NCBI GenBank assembly: GCA_947444305.1
Contig: CANEZP010000012.1
Location: 74,010 to 138,009, forward strand
DNA length: 64,000 bases
Reading direction: 5' to 3'
From: Pseudobdellovibrionaceae bacterium
GTDB taxonomy: Bacteria > Bdellovibrionota > Bdellovibrionia > Bdellovibrionales > UBA1609
Positions 52,030 through 60,732 of the stretch are shown here, piece after piece; position 1 is the stretch's first letter; each line of letters starts with the position of its first letter. Position numbers and translations under genes: made by a program. The notes below the pieces were generated by a model. It had not been told where the DNA came from and did no database searches. It was given only the letters and a program-made list of their open reading frames with translations.

Positions 52030-52679
52030 ACCTGATCCTGTTTGGGCCTCCGGGCGCAGGCAAAGGCACTCAATCACAGCTGTTGGTTGAGCGCCAGAAG
52101 ATGAAACAAATCAGCACGGGCGATTTGTTCCGTGCCGCGATCAAAAATTCGACATCTCTTGGTAAGGAAGCCAAAGGATATTTGGATGCAGGGAAGCTAG
52201 TTCCGGACTCGGTCACCATTGGTTTGGTGGAAGAAGAGTTAGGAGCGCTTAAAGGCACGAAGTTTATCCTGGATGGTTTCCCGCGCAACGTGGCTCAGGC
52301 CGACGCGCTCGCAAACATCCTGAAAAAAACCGGCAAGACGATCGATAAGGTCTTCTTCGTCGAAGTGCCCATCAATTTGCTTTTGGGGCGGCTTGCGGGC
52401 CGTCGGGTGTGTCGAACCTGCGCAACGGTTTACCACATCGAATCGAAACCTCCGACGAAGGAGAACGTTTGCGATGCCTGCGGTGGAGAAGTCTACCAGC
52501 GCGCCGACGATAAAGAGGAAGTGATCCGCACTCGTCTCGAAGCCTACGAGACAAGTACGCGGCCCCTGAAAGAGTACTACAAGGCAAAAGGTCCCCAAAC
52601 CTACGTGGAAATCGATGGAACGGGGACGAGTGAACAGGTGTTTGAGAGATTAACCCGAGTCATGCAGGGAAAAAGCTGA
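52026..52679 (+). CDS. adk: Adenylate kinase with Cys4 zinc-lid
   Basis: [11 protein letters not shown]-loop; lid CRTC...CDAC. Confidence 0.94.
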   Translation: MNLILFGPPGAGKGTQSQLLVERQKMKQISTGDLFRAAIKNSTSLGKEAKGYLDAGKLVPDSVTIGLVEEELGALKGTKFILDGFPRNVAQADALANILKKTGKTIDKVFFVEVPINLLLGRLAGRRVCRTCATVYHIESKPPTKENVCDACGGEVYQRADDKEEVIRTRLEAYETSTRPLKEYYKAKGPQTYVEIDGTGTSEQVFERLTRVMQGKS

Positions 52680-52846
52680 CGGCACATTTGACCATTAGTC
52701 AAATGTCGTGCCAGAAAGTGCTTGTCTTGCAAATTTGCGAATGCTAGCCTCACCGCTTGCATTCTCAAATTGACCTCCGAAAGGCTGAAAAGTTCAGTAA
52801 TTTCGTGGGTTTGACTGATCGTAACCGTTTCGCGACAGAGGTCCGT

Positions 52847-52960
52847 ATGAAAGTCAGAGCTTCCGTTAAACGTATTTGCAACAAGTGCAAAGTTATCCGC
52901 CGCCGCGGAGTTTTGCGCGTCATTTGTGAAAACGCGAAACACAAACAAAGACAAGGATAG
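52847..52960 (+). CDS. rpmJ: 50S ribosomal protein L36
   Basis: [37 protein letters not shown] (37 aa), ATG at 52847. The ORF-track start at 52757 is rejected. Confidence 0.93.
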   Translation: MKVRASVKRICNKCKVIRRRGVLRVICENAKHKQRQG

Positions 52961-52964
52961 ATAA

Positions 52965-53339
52965 ATGGCTCGTATTGCCGGCGTAGATTTGCCAAGAAAT
53001 AAACGCATCGAAATTGCTCTCCAATATATTTATGGAATTGGCAAAACTCGCGCGAAAGAAATCGTTGCAAAGACGGGTTTCCCCACCACGCTCCGTACGG
53101 ATGCATTGACCGACGAACAAGTCGCGAAACTGCGTAACGTCATCGAGAGTGGTTTAAAAGTGGAAGGTGATTTGCGCCGCGAAGTCGGACAAAGCATCAA
53201 GCGCTTGATGGATCTCGGCTGCTACCGCGGTCTACGCCATAAAAAAGGTCTGCCTACCCGTGGTCAGCGCACGCGTTCAAACGCGCGCACTCGCAAAGGC
53301 CCGCGTAAGACGATCGCGAACAAGAAGAAAACGGTTTAA
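52965..53339 (+). CDS. rpsM: 30S ribosomal protein S13
   Basis: [26 protein letters not shown]. Confidence 0.96.
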   Translation: MARIAGVDLPRNKRIEIALQYIYGIGKTRAKEIVAKTGFPTTLRTDALTDEQVAKLRNVIESGLKVEGDLRREVGQSIKRLMDLGCYRGLRHKKGLPTRGQRTRSNARTRKGPRKTIANKKKTV

Positions 53340-53402
53340 CACAGTGATCATGGCCGGATAATTCTCCGGTCTGAGTGCACTCAATATTTGGAGTAATGCC
53401 TA

Positions 53403-53816
53403 ATGGCTGACGCAAAAGCGCAGGAAATGGTCAAAAAGGACAGCGGTCCTAAGAAAAAAGTAAAACGGAACGTTCCCGTGGGACGTTGTTTCGTGCAAGC
53501 CGGTTTCGGCAACACGATCGTCACTTTTACTGACCTGAACGGCAACACGCTCGCGTGGTCGTCGGCAGGTATGCAAGGTTTCAAAGGTAGCCGTAAAGGC
53601 ACGCCCTTCGCGGCTCAAGTTGCGGCCGAAGATGCCGGCAAAAAAGCGATGGAAGCGGGAATGAAAACCGTAGACGTCGTTGTACGTGGCCCGGGCGCCG
53701 GTCGTGAACCCGCCGTTCGTGCATTAGCTTCGCTTGGTTTCCGCGTAACTTCACTCAAAGATTTGACGCCGATTCCGCACAACGGATGTCGTCCGCCGAA
53801 ACGCCGCCGGATTTAA
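53403..53816 (+). CDS. rpsK: 30S ribosomal protein S11
   Basis: [36 protein letters not shown]; [12 protein letters not shown]. Confidence 0.96.
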   Translation: MADAKAQEMVKKDSGPKKKVKRNVPVGRCFVQAGFGNTIVTFTDLNGNTLAWSSAGMQGFKGSRKGTPFAAQVAAEDAGKKAMEAGMKTVDVVVRGPGAGREPAVRALASLGFRVTSLKDLTPIPHNGCRPPKRRRI

Positions 53817-53822
53817 CATTGC

Positions 53823-53873
53823 GGATCGCAGGCTTGCGATCCTTTGATGTTGCGGATCGCAGGCGTGCGATCC
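53823..53873. repeat. REP-like hairpins GGATCGCA-N4-TGCGATCC, copies 2 and 3, in tandem
   Basis: TTGCGGATCGCAGGCTTGCGATCCTT (stem 53823-53842) and TTGCGGATCGCAGGCGTGCGATCCTT (stem 53854-53873). Followed by two GCGATCGCGC motifs at about 53883 and 53916. Confidence 0.8.
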
Positions 53874-54016
53874 TTAATGTTCGCGATCGCGCAGTGTTGA
53901 AGGTGATCGCAACGGCGATCGCGCTATGTAAAGTGAAGTTTGGATTTTTGATTTTTTGGTTTTAAATATTTGTGAAGGTGACCGCTGGCGGGGCCTTCCA
54001 ATTTCAGGGAGTACTG

Positions 54017-55099
54017 ATGGGACAATTGGCAATGCAACCTCACTATTACAAATTCTGGCGCGAACTCATTAAACCTAAAGGTTTCGAAGTTGAAAAAGAA
54101 AGCCTGACCACTCGTTACGGCAAATTCAACGTTCGTCCGCTTGAGCGTGGCTTTGGCGTGACCTTAGGCAATTCGCTCCGCCGTGTTTTGTTGAGCTCGA
54201 TGATGGGTTCGGCGGTTTCGGCCGTTAAATTTGAAGGTGTATTGCACGAGTTCTCGACGATTCCCGACGTTCTCGAGGATGTTACGGACATCATCTTAAA
54301 CCTTAAAGAAGTTCGTTTCCGCCAATTCGATCCCGAGCAAAAAACTCTGCGCATCTCGAAGACCGGCCCCGGCAAAGTGACTGCCGCCGACATCCAATTG
54401 ATCGAAGGCATTGAAATCTTGAACCCGGATCAACACATTGCCACCCTCGGTAAAGATGGCCGTTTCGAAGCCGAACTGGTAATCAGCTTCGGTCGTGGTT
54501 ACGTTGAAGCCGAAGGCCGCGGTAAAGATTTGCCCGTCGGTTACATCGCCGTCGACGCTCTTCATAGCCCTATCCGCCGCGTAAACTACGTGGTGAATGC
54601 CGCTCGTGTTGCTCAGCGTACGGATTACGATGCATTGACCTTAGAAGTTTGGACCGATGGTTCTTTGAAACCCGAAGAAGCGGTTGCTCTCGGTTCGAAG
54701 ATTCTCAAAGAACAGCTGCAAATCTTCCTTACGTTCGACGAGAACATGGAACCCGTCGCTGAAGAAGAAGACACGCGTTCACCCTCGTTCAACGAAAACT
54801 TGTTCCGCTCGGTCGACGATCTCGAATTGTCTGTCCGTTCGGCAAACTGCTTGAAGAACGCGAACATTCGCTACATCGGCGAATTGGTTTCGAAAACCGA
54901 AGCCGAGATGTTAAAGACCAAAAACTTCGGCCGCAAATCTTTGAACGAAATCAAAGAAATCCTGTCGAACATGGGATTGTCGTTGGGTATGAAAGTTGAC
55001 GGTTGGCCGCCTCCCGGATGGGATCCGAACAACCCGATCAAGCCGCAAGCCCCGGCCGCGCCGATCGTTCGTAATGATGGCGGAGCGCCCCAGCAGTAA
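54017..55099 (+). CDS. rpoA: DNA-directed RNA polymerase alpha subunit (with Pro-rich C-terminal extension)
   Basis: ATG at 54017 after [23 protein letters not shown]; alpha-[25 protein letters not shown]. Tail [21 protein letters not shown]... Confidence 0.95.
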   Translation: MGQLAMQPHYYKFWRELIKPKGFEVEKESLTTRYGKFNVRPLERGFGVTLGNSLRRVLLSSMMGSAVSAVKFEGVLHEFSTIPDVLEDVTDIILNLKEVRFRQFDPEQKTLRISKTGPGKVTAADIQLIEGIEILNPDQHIATLGKDGRFEAELVISFGRGYVEAEGRGKDLPVGYIAVDALHSPIRRVNYVVNAARVAQRTDYDALTLEVWTDGSLKPEEAVALGSKILKEQLQIFLTFDENMEPVAEEEDTRSPSFNENLFRSVDDLELSVRSANCLKNANIRYIGELVSKTEAEMLKTKNFGRKSLNEIKEILSNMGLSLGMKVDGWPPPGWDPNNPIKPQAPAAPIVRNDGGAPQQ

Positions 55100-55154
55100 A
55101 ACGCAATCGTTGCGAGCAAGCTGTAATCGAATTTTGAATTTTTAGGAGATTGAG

Positions 55155-55670
55155 ATGAGACACCGTACAAAAAGACATAATTTCCACCGCCGTCCCGGTC
55201 CGCGCGTCGCTTTGATCCGCGGTATGGTGCAGTCGTTGGTTGAGCATGGCCGTATTAAGACGACCGTGGCCCGTTGCAAAGAAGTTCGCCGCCACGTTGA
55301 GCGCGCGGTGACCGTTGCTAAGCGCGGTGGACTCCACGCTCGCCGTTTGTTGCTTTCACGTTTCCCTAACGACACCGTCGTTGGGATCTTGATGGACGAT
55401 CTCCAAAAACGCATGGGTGAACGCCCGGGCGGTTACACTCGCATCGTAAAAATCGGTGCGCGTGGTGGTGATCAGGCCGATATGGCTTTCCTCGAGTTCG
55501 TTGACTACGTTCCGAAAGCGGCCGACAGCGATGAGACCGTAAAAGGTACGACCAAAGAACAAAAGTTAGCTGCCCGTGCTCGCGCTGCCGTAAAAGCAAA
55601 AGTAAAAAAGAACGTTCGCCGCATCCAAGGCAAATCGCGCGCGGAAGCTCGCATCCTCAATCCCATGTAG
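55155..55670 (+). CDS. rplQ: 50S ribosomal protein L17 (with K/A-rich C-terminal extension)
   Basis: [37 protein letters not shown]. Confidence 0.95.
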   Translation: MRHRTKRHNFHRRPGPRVALIRGMVQSLVEHGRIKTTVARCKEVRRHVERAVTVAKRGGLHARRLLLSRFPNDTVVGILMDDLQKRMGERPGGYTRIVKIGARGGDQADMAFLEFVDYVPKAADSDETVKGTTKEQKLAARARAAVKAKVKKNVRRIQGKSRAEARILNPM

Positions 55671-55702
55671 TCTTCTCCTAAAGAAGATTGGCTTGAACGA
55701 AG

Positions 55703-55735
55703 AACCCGGAGAGATCCGGGTTTTTTGTTTTTTGG
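55703..55735 (+). terminator. Rho-independent terminator after rplQ
   Basis: AACCCGGA-GAGA-TCCGGGTT followed by TTTTGTTTTTT. Confidence 0.85.
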
Positions 55736-55790
55736 AGATCATTTAGCTCATTCAAGTAGCCGGGAAAAACTTGTGGTCCAAACCGTCGCC

Positions 55791-55827
55791 GCGACGTTTC
55801 CTGTCTGGAAAGGAAACGTGGCGTTAC
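55791..55827 (+). repeat. Hairpin-box repeat, copy A
   Basis: GCGACGTTTCCTGTCTGGAAAGGAAACGTGGCGTTAC with an 8-bp stem CGTTTCCT/AGGAAACG. Homologous to 60601-60639 and, in inverted orientation, to 381-420 and 524-550. Confidence 0.7.
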
Positions 55828-55886
55828 CCGGTTGTATGCAGGTTCTCGCCGCGTACCGGACTCGCATGGCGTTTGGCATTCTATCT

Positions 55887-55998
55887 GCGTGTGGGACTCG
55901 ATCCGCGTGTGGGACTCGATCCGCGTGTGGGACTCGATCCGCGTGTGGGACTAGATCCGCGTGTGGGACTAGATCCGCGTGTGGGACTAGATCCGCGT
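55887..55998. repeat. Perfect 18-bp tandem repeat, six full units plus a 4-nt partial
   Basis: GCGTGTGGGACTCGATCC x3 (55887-55940), then GCGTGTGGGACTAGATCC x3 (55941-55994), then GCGT. Counted base by base. Confidence 0.95.
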
Positions 55999-56032
55999 AC
56001 GGTCGGTGTACCCGAAGTGGGCCGTCTAATTT

Positions 56033-56050
56033 ACCCGCGCCGGCGCGGGT
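56033..56050. other. 18-bp perfect GC-rich palindrome, about 30 nt beyond the 3' end of the epimerase gene
   Basis: ACCCGCGCCGGCGCGGGT. There is no U-tract on either strand, so it is not a canonical terminator. Confidence 0.6.
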
Positions 56051-56080
56051 AGAGCATGGCCGGTTTAGCCGTTAATCCGC

Positions 56081-57115
56081 TCACACTTTATAAAAAACTT
56101 TGTACCAGTTCCAGAAGGCGGTGAGGCCGGTTTCGAGGCTCGTGTTCGGCGCGAATTCGAAATCGCGTTGCAGGTCGCCGACGTCGGCGTAGGTGTCGGG
56201 CACGTCGCCGGGTTGCATGGGCTTCATCTCAAGCTTCGCTTTTTTGCCGATCACTTTTTCTAAAGTAGCGATGAAATCCGAGAGCAAAACCGGCTTGTGA
56301 TTGCCGATGTTGTAAATGCGGTAGGGCGCCTTGGCCGTTGCGGGGTCGGGTGAATTACCGGACCACACCAGATTGGGGCTTGGCGCCTGCCACAGCACCC
56401 TCAAAACGCCTTCGACAATGTCGTCGACGAAGGTGAAGTCACGGCGATGATGACCGTTATTAAATACCTGGATGGTTTCACCCTTTAATATTTTCTCGGT
56501 GAACGAAAATACGGCCATGTCGGGGCGTCCCCATGGTCCGTAAACCGTAAAAAAACGCAGGCCCGTCGCGGGCAATTGGTACAGGTGCGAGTACGAATGA
56601 GCCATCAGCTCGTTCGCCTTTTTGCTCGCGGCGTAGAGCGAGATCGGGTGCTCGGTCGGATGGTGAACGGAATAGGGCATCAGAGTATTCGCGCCGTAGA
56701 CGCTTGAGCTCGAAGCGTAAACGAGGTGCGCGGTGCCGAGTTGCCGGCAAGCCTCCAAAATATTGAGGAAGCCCTTGAGGTTGCTCTCGACGTAGACGTG
56801 TGGGTTCTCGAGTGAGTAGCGGACCCCGGCTTGCGCGGCCATGTGCAAAACGCGATCGGGTTTAAAATCGCGGTAAGCGGAGAGCAGCGCTTCGGTGTCG
56901 GCGATGTTTATATCTTCGAAGGTCAAACGGCCCGGCAAATCCAGATCGCGGATGTGCTTCAACCGCGCGTGCTTCAAATTGACGTCGTAGTACGGAAAGA
57001 AATTATCGATACCGAGGACCGAGTGGCCCTGGGCTAATAATTTCTGCGTGAGGGCGGCGCCGATAAAACCTGCGGCGCCCGTGACTAAGATTTTCTGCGA
57101 AGTGTTTTGTGACAT
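56081..57115 (-). CDS. NAD-dependent nucleotide-sugar epimerase (UDP-glucuronate 4-epimerase-like, extended SDR)
   Basis: GAAGFIG Rossmann motif, ASSSSVYG, YAASKKANE catalytic YxxxK, FFTVYGPWGRPDMA. Confidence 0.8.
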   Translation of the reverse strand: MSQNTSQKILVTGAAGFIGAALTQKLLAQGHSVLGIDNFFPYYDVNLKHARLKHIRDLDLPGRLTFEDINIADTEALLSAYRDFKPDRVLHMAAQAGVRYSLENPHVYVESNLKGFLNILEACRQLGTAHLVYASSSSVYGANTLMPYSVHHPTEHPISLYAASKKANELMAHSYSHLYQLPATGLRFFTVYGPWGRPDMAVFSFTEKILKGETIQVFNNGHHRRDFTFVDDIVEGVLRVLWQAPSPNLVWSGNSPDPATAKAPYRIYNIGNHKPVLLSDFIATLEKVIGKKAKLEMKPMQPGDVPDTYADVGDLQRDFEFAPNTSLETGLTAFWNWYKVFYKV

Positions 57116-57188
57116 AGGCCCGGTACGTTACCGGGCGCGGGTGAACTCGTCTACGAGGAAGTCGCGAGCGCCGGGGAAGTCCTTCGGC

Positions 57189-58295
57189 TTAGGAGATGGC
57201 CAACGCTTCGATGCGCTCGAAAACGCGGTCCATATCGTATTCGCGTAAGGCTTTGGCGCGGGCGCGTGACGCGAAGTCCGCGGCTACTTCGGGGTTCATG
57301 AATTGGAGCATCGCCTGGGCCAGGCTTGCCGAGCTTCGGGGCTCGCACAACAAACCGGTTTGCCCGCGGTCGAGGATTTCTGGGGTGCCGCCGGAGTCCG
57401 TTCCTACGACCGGTAAACCCGACGCTAGTGCTTCGAGCAATACGTTCCCGAAATTCTCCTCGTACGAAGGCATTACGAAAACGTCGAGTGCGTTCATGAC
57501 GTCGGGGATGTCTTTGCGGAAATCGGTAAGGATCACCTTGCCGTCGAGATTCAATTCGCGAAGCCGGCTTTTGACCAGCCGGTCGAAATCGCCTTCGCCG
57601 ATCGTATTACCGCCGACCAGAACAAAGCGCGCTTGCGGACTGCGCTCGAGAACTTGGGCCGCGGCCTCAACGAATTCTAATGAGCCTTTTTGTTTATCTA
57701 GGCGGCCGATCAAACCAAAGAGTGTTTGCTGCGGGTGAACGCCCCAGCTCTCGCGAATGTCGTCGCGACGGGGGCGCGGGGCGAAGCGGGTGATGTCGAC
57801 GCCGTTCGGGATCACGGTGAACTGCGCCTGCGAGACGGGCAGGCACCGGGCTAGATAATCTTTTTGGATATGGCTTAACGCGATCATCCGATTGAGGCGG
57901 CCGTACATGTGACCGTGCAGAAAATCTTTCTTGTTTACGTCTTTGAAGAACATGCGCGCGAAGCCGAACAGTTTGACCTCCGGCATGCCGTACAAAGCCG
58001 GCGTGACGAGCCAAATATCTTTCATGTGGTGCAGGAACAAAGCTTTGACGTTGTTCTCTTTGATCCAGCGCCGCACCTGCAGCGTGGTCGAGGGCGCGAA
58101 GTATTTGCCCGACTTCACGGTTTTCGCGCTCAGGTTTTGTTCGAGCAATGCGCGGTGAATCGGCGATTCCGGTTCGCAGATTTCAAACGACGGGTAGCCC
58201 TTCTGCGCGAAGAGGCGCGTCATCTTTACCGAAGACATCTCAAGGCCGCCCCAGGCGCCCGAGAAACATAAGTTAGCGATCGCGGGTTTTTGCAT
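57189..58295 (-). CDS. Glycosyltransferase, GT4 family (GT-B fold)
   Basis: C-terminal Glycos_transf_1-type motif PSYEENFGNVLLEALASGLPVVGTDSGGTPEIL. Confidence 0.8.
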   Translation of the reverse strand: MQKPAIANLCFSGAWGGLEMSSVKMTRLFAQKGYPSFEICEPESPIHRALLEQNLSAKTVKSGKYFAPSTTLQVRRWIKENNVKALFLHHMKDIWLVTPALYGMPEVKLFGFARMFFKDVNKKDFLHGHMYGRLNRMIALSHIQKDYLARCLPVSQAQFTVIPNGVDITRFAPRPRRDDIRESWGVHPQQTLFGLIGRLDKQKGSLEFVEAAAQVLERSPQARFVLVGGNTIGEGDFDRLVKSRLRELNLDGKVILTDFRKDIPDVMNALDVFVMPSYEENFGNVLLEALASGLPVVGTDSGGTPEILDRGQTGLLCEPRSSASLAQAMLQFMNPEVAADFASRARAKALREYDMDRVFERIEALAIS

Positions 58296-58402
58296 TTGCG
58301 GAAATTAGCATGGAAAGTGCAAATTGGGGAAGCGGGTGAACGGGCGGAAATAGACGGGCTTTGCATGGCGCTCCCGGCCAATCTTGCCCCACGGGAGGCG
58401 AC

Positions 58403-59332
58403 ATGACGACAACCACAATGAACGGCGAATCAACGATGAAGCAAGATCAAACCAAAACGCGAGGCCGAAAGAATCACAAAAGCGTGGCCAATCCGCAGAA
58501 ATTTTCTTTGCCGGTTTTAAAAGCACGCCTCGGGGCTTTCGCAACGGCGGTCGGTGATCATCAAGTATTGATGTTGGCCGGCTCCATTGCCTACACCACG
58601 GCTTTAGCCTTGGCGCCGTTCGTTCTAATCATGCTCGCGTTCGCTTCGCTTTTAGGACAACATTTTCAGAATCAGATGTATAGGCAAATGACGTCACTCC
58701 TCGGCGGCGAGGCGGGTAGCGCGATCAAAATGGTCGTTGAGAACGCCGACAATAGCAAATCCGCGACGACAATCTCGGGCTTGATCGGGCTCGCGGTTCT
58801 CGCGGTAAGTGCCTCGGCGGTGTTTAGCGGTTTGCGTTTGGCGCTCGACATGATTAACGAAACTCCGCTCGACAAACAGCCGTCGGGGGTCAAGGGCTTC
58901 TTACGCGATAAGTTTCTTTCGCTCGGGCTGGTGTTTGGCTTTGTGTTTTTGGCGGTGGTATCGCTCGCCGTGACCGCTGTACTGTCGGGAGCCTTCGCGG
59001 GCGCCGAGGCGACGGTCTGGACCGTGGTGTCGTTCGTAGTTAACGTCGTTTTGTTCACCGGGCTCTTCACGGCGATGTTTCATTTTATTCCGACCGAGCG
59101 TTTAGGTTGGCGGCATTCGGCCATCGCGGGGGCGTGTGCCGCGGCGTTCTTCTTGATCGGTAAAACGATCATCGGACTCTATCTCGGCAACGCGGCGGTC
59201 GGCTCGGCTTACGGCGCGGCCGGAACCTTCGTCGTGTTTCTCGTCTGGGTGTATTACACGGCGGCGACCTTACTCATCTCCTACGAATTCGCCACCAACG
59301 TCTTCATTAAGGACGTGCCTGAAAAGGCGTAG
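58403..59332 (+). CDS. YihY/BrkB-family inner-membrane protein
   Basis: ATG at 58403 after GGGAGG. LAGSIAYTTALALAPFVLI and a six-TM pattern with a Gly/Ala-rich last helix. The ORF-track TTG start at 58361 is less likely. Confidence 0.7.
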   Translation: MTTTTMNGESTMKQDQTKTRGRKNHKSVANPQKFSLPVLKARLGAFATAVGDHQVLMLAGSIAYTTALALAPFVLIMLAFASLLGQHFQNQMYRQMTSLLGGEAGSAIKMVVENADNSKSATTISGLIGLAVLAVSASAVFSGLRLALDMINETPLDKQPSGVKGFLRDKFLSLGLVFGFVFLAVVSLAVTAVLSGAFAGAEATVWTVVSFVVNVVLFTGLFTAMFHFIPTERLGWRHSAIAGACAAAFFLIGKTIIGLYLGNAAVGSAYGAAGTFVVFLVWVYYTAATLLISYEFATNVFIKDVPEKA

Positions 59333-59349
59333 GCCGCTATAGTGGGCGG

Positions 59350-59946
59350 ATGTGGAATTATAAAGCAGCGTTAGTCGTTTTGCTCACCGCGGGAATTCTT
59401 TCGTTTCCGCTTTACCGCTACTGGGAATACCTCACCAAAGGTATGCGCCCGCCGGTCTCCACGCAAAAGCTAAATAGCATGGAGATCGAAGGCGTTCCTG
59501 ATTTCTCAATCAAAGATTTGAACGGCAAAGAAGTTTCGATGAAGGACTTTCGCGGCAAACTTGTGCTCGTGAATATCTGGGCCACGTGGTGCGCACCTTG
59601 CGTAAAAGAATTCCCGTCGATGAAACGTTTGGTTGAAAAGTTCCCGAACGACTTAGCTATCCTCGCGGTTTCTTACGACCGCCAGCGTGAAGACATCGAT
59701 GCGTTCATCAAGGCCTTCGGCGGTATTCCTTCGAACTTCCACATCGCCTGGGACAAAGAGAAGAAAACGACCGAGGTCTTCGGCACCGACGTTCTGCCCG
59801 AGACCTACATCATCTCGCGCGAAGGTAAGATGATCCGCAAGATCGCCGGTGAGGCCACCTGGGATGAACCGATGGCGCTCGAGTTCTTCAAGGAGCTGGT
59901 GGACGGCTCGTACTTTAAGCCCACGCCCCCGGGCCTCGGCCACTAA
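59350..59946 (+). CDS. TlpA/ResA-family thiol-disulfide oxidoreductase (membrane-anchored thioredoxin fold)
   Basis: N-terminal TM helix; VLVNIWATWCAPCVKEFP active site. Confidence 0.85.
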   Translation: MWNYKAALVVLLTAGILSFPLYRYWEYLTKGMRPPVSTQKLNSMEIEGVPDFSIKDLNGKEVSMKDFRGKLVLVNIWATWCAPCVKEFPSMKRLVEKFPNDLAILAVSYDRQREDIDAFIKAFGGIPSNFHIAWDKEKKTTEVFGTDVLPETYIISREGKMIRKIAGEATWDEPMALEFFKELVDGSYFKPTPPGLGH

Positions 59947-60087
59947 CTGGCCTGATTTTTCCAAAGTAAACCTTCCGAACGCTTGGATTGCCACTGAATG
60001 AGGCTGGGGGAGACCCTCGCCGACAATTTTGGGCACCTCCGGGAAATAATTCTAAACAAGATAAAGCACTCTGGAAGGAGCTTTAAA

Positions 60088-60519
60088 ATGAAAGCAGTCA
60101 ATTTGTTCGTCACGGGTTTGGTACTTACCCTCGGCCTTACCGCTTGCGGAGCCGTCAAGGACGCGAAGAACGCCGAAAACATGCAGAATCAGGGCAACGC
60201 CCTCGGTACGCAAATCAACGCGGAAAACAAAGCTCTCGAGAGCGATGACATCTATCTCACAACATTAACTAAATCTATTTATATAGATTGGACCAAGAAA
60301 ACGCCCGAAAAGCGCGCCGAGTTACGCAAGCGCCTTACCGCAGTCATGATGAATTCGATCCGCTACACCGAAATCGGTAGACACAAAGACATGAAAATCA
60401 AAGACGGCCAAGGCACTTGGAAGGCCGAATTGGTTACGGAAAATGCGAAACGCTACATCAATTCTTTAGATAAAGTTGAAGGCAAAACACAAACGTACCC
60501 CGAAGTCGCCGTTAAGTAG
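60088..60519 (+). CDS. Hypothetical lipoprotein
   Basis: ATG at 60088 after GGAAGGAG. Lipobox LGLTAC. No recognisable domain. Confidence 0.6.
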   Translation: MKAVNLFVTGLVLTLGLTACGAVKDAKNAENMQNQGNALGTQINAENKALESDDIYLTTLTKSIYIDWTKKTPEKRAELRKRLTAVMMNSIRYTEIGRHKDMKIKDGQGTWKAELVTENAKRYINSLDKVEGKTQTYPEVAVK

Positions 60520-60528
60520 GCCGGCTCC

Positions 60529-60560
60529 CACGCGGCCGAAGTGAGAGGCCGCGTGTTTAT
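60529..60560 (+). terminator. Rho-independent terminator after the lipoprotein gene
   Basis: CACGCGGCC-N9-GGCCGCGTG followed by TTTAT. Confidence 0.65.
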
Positions 60561-60600
60561 GAATTCCCTGTTGGTGTATGTTCCATGTCCCGGTTGCAAC

Positions 60601-60639
60601 GCGATGTTTCCTCTCTAGACAGGAAACGCTGCGACGTAA
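60601..60639 (+). repeat. Hairpin-box repeat, copy C
   Basis: GCGATGTTTCCTCTCTAGACAGGAAACGCTGCGACGTAA. Same 8-bp stem CGTTTCCT/AGGAAACG as copy A, with a different loop. Confidence 0.7.
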
Positions 60640-60668
60640 ATAAAGGGCGTTTAGTTCGCGTATGATCT

Positions 60669-60731
60669 ATGCCCGCCCACGCTCGACCGATGCCCGTGTA
60701 CGACCGATGCCCGTTCGCGTACGGACGATGC
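60669..60731. repeat. Degenerate 17-21-bp tandem repeat, about 3.2 units, related to the 18-bp array at 55887
   Basis: ATGCCCGCCCACGCTCGACCG, ATGCCCGTGTACGACCG, ATGCCCGTTCGCGTACGGACG, ATGC. Shares CGTGT..GAC.CGAT and the closing GCGTACGG.CG with copy A. Confidence 0.6.
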
Positions 60732-60732
60732 T

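Noticed and set aside
52680-52846. Missing map and infA between adk and rpmJ, missing rpmG before secE, and a possible promoter (TTGACC..) in the 167-nt spacer
   Set aside because: The location of map, infA and rpmG varies widely among bacteria, so their absence here is not remarkable. The -10 element of the promoter candidate is poor at any reasonable spacing.
53883-53925. HIP1-like GCGATCGC octamers (also seen at about 6245, 9690 and 58280)
   Set aside because: The octamer recurs, but I cannot compute enrichment against expectation by eye. The sequence is rich in CG and GATC generally, so no claim is made.
55887-55998. Possible CRISPR array
   Set aside because: The units are directly adjacent with no spacers, are only 18 bp long, and no cas genes are nearby. 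This is a tandem minisatellite, not a CRISPR.
55725-56075. Two + strand ORFs (116 and 93 aa) translating the 18-bp array as SACGTR or RVGLDP repeats
   Set aside because: The start of the longer one lies inside the T-tract of the rplQ terminator. There is no SD. The ORFs exist only because the repeat unit is a multiple of 3 with no stop. Treated as non-coding, although translation cannot be formally excluded without data.
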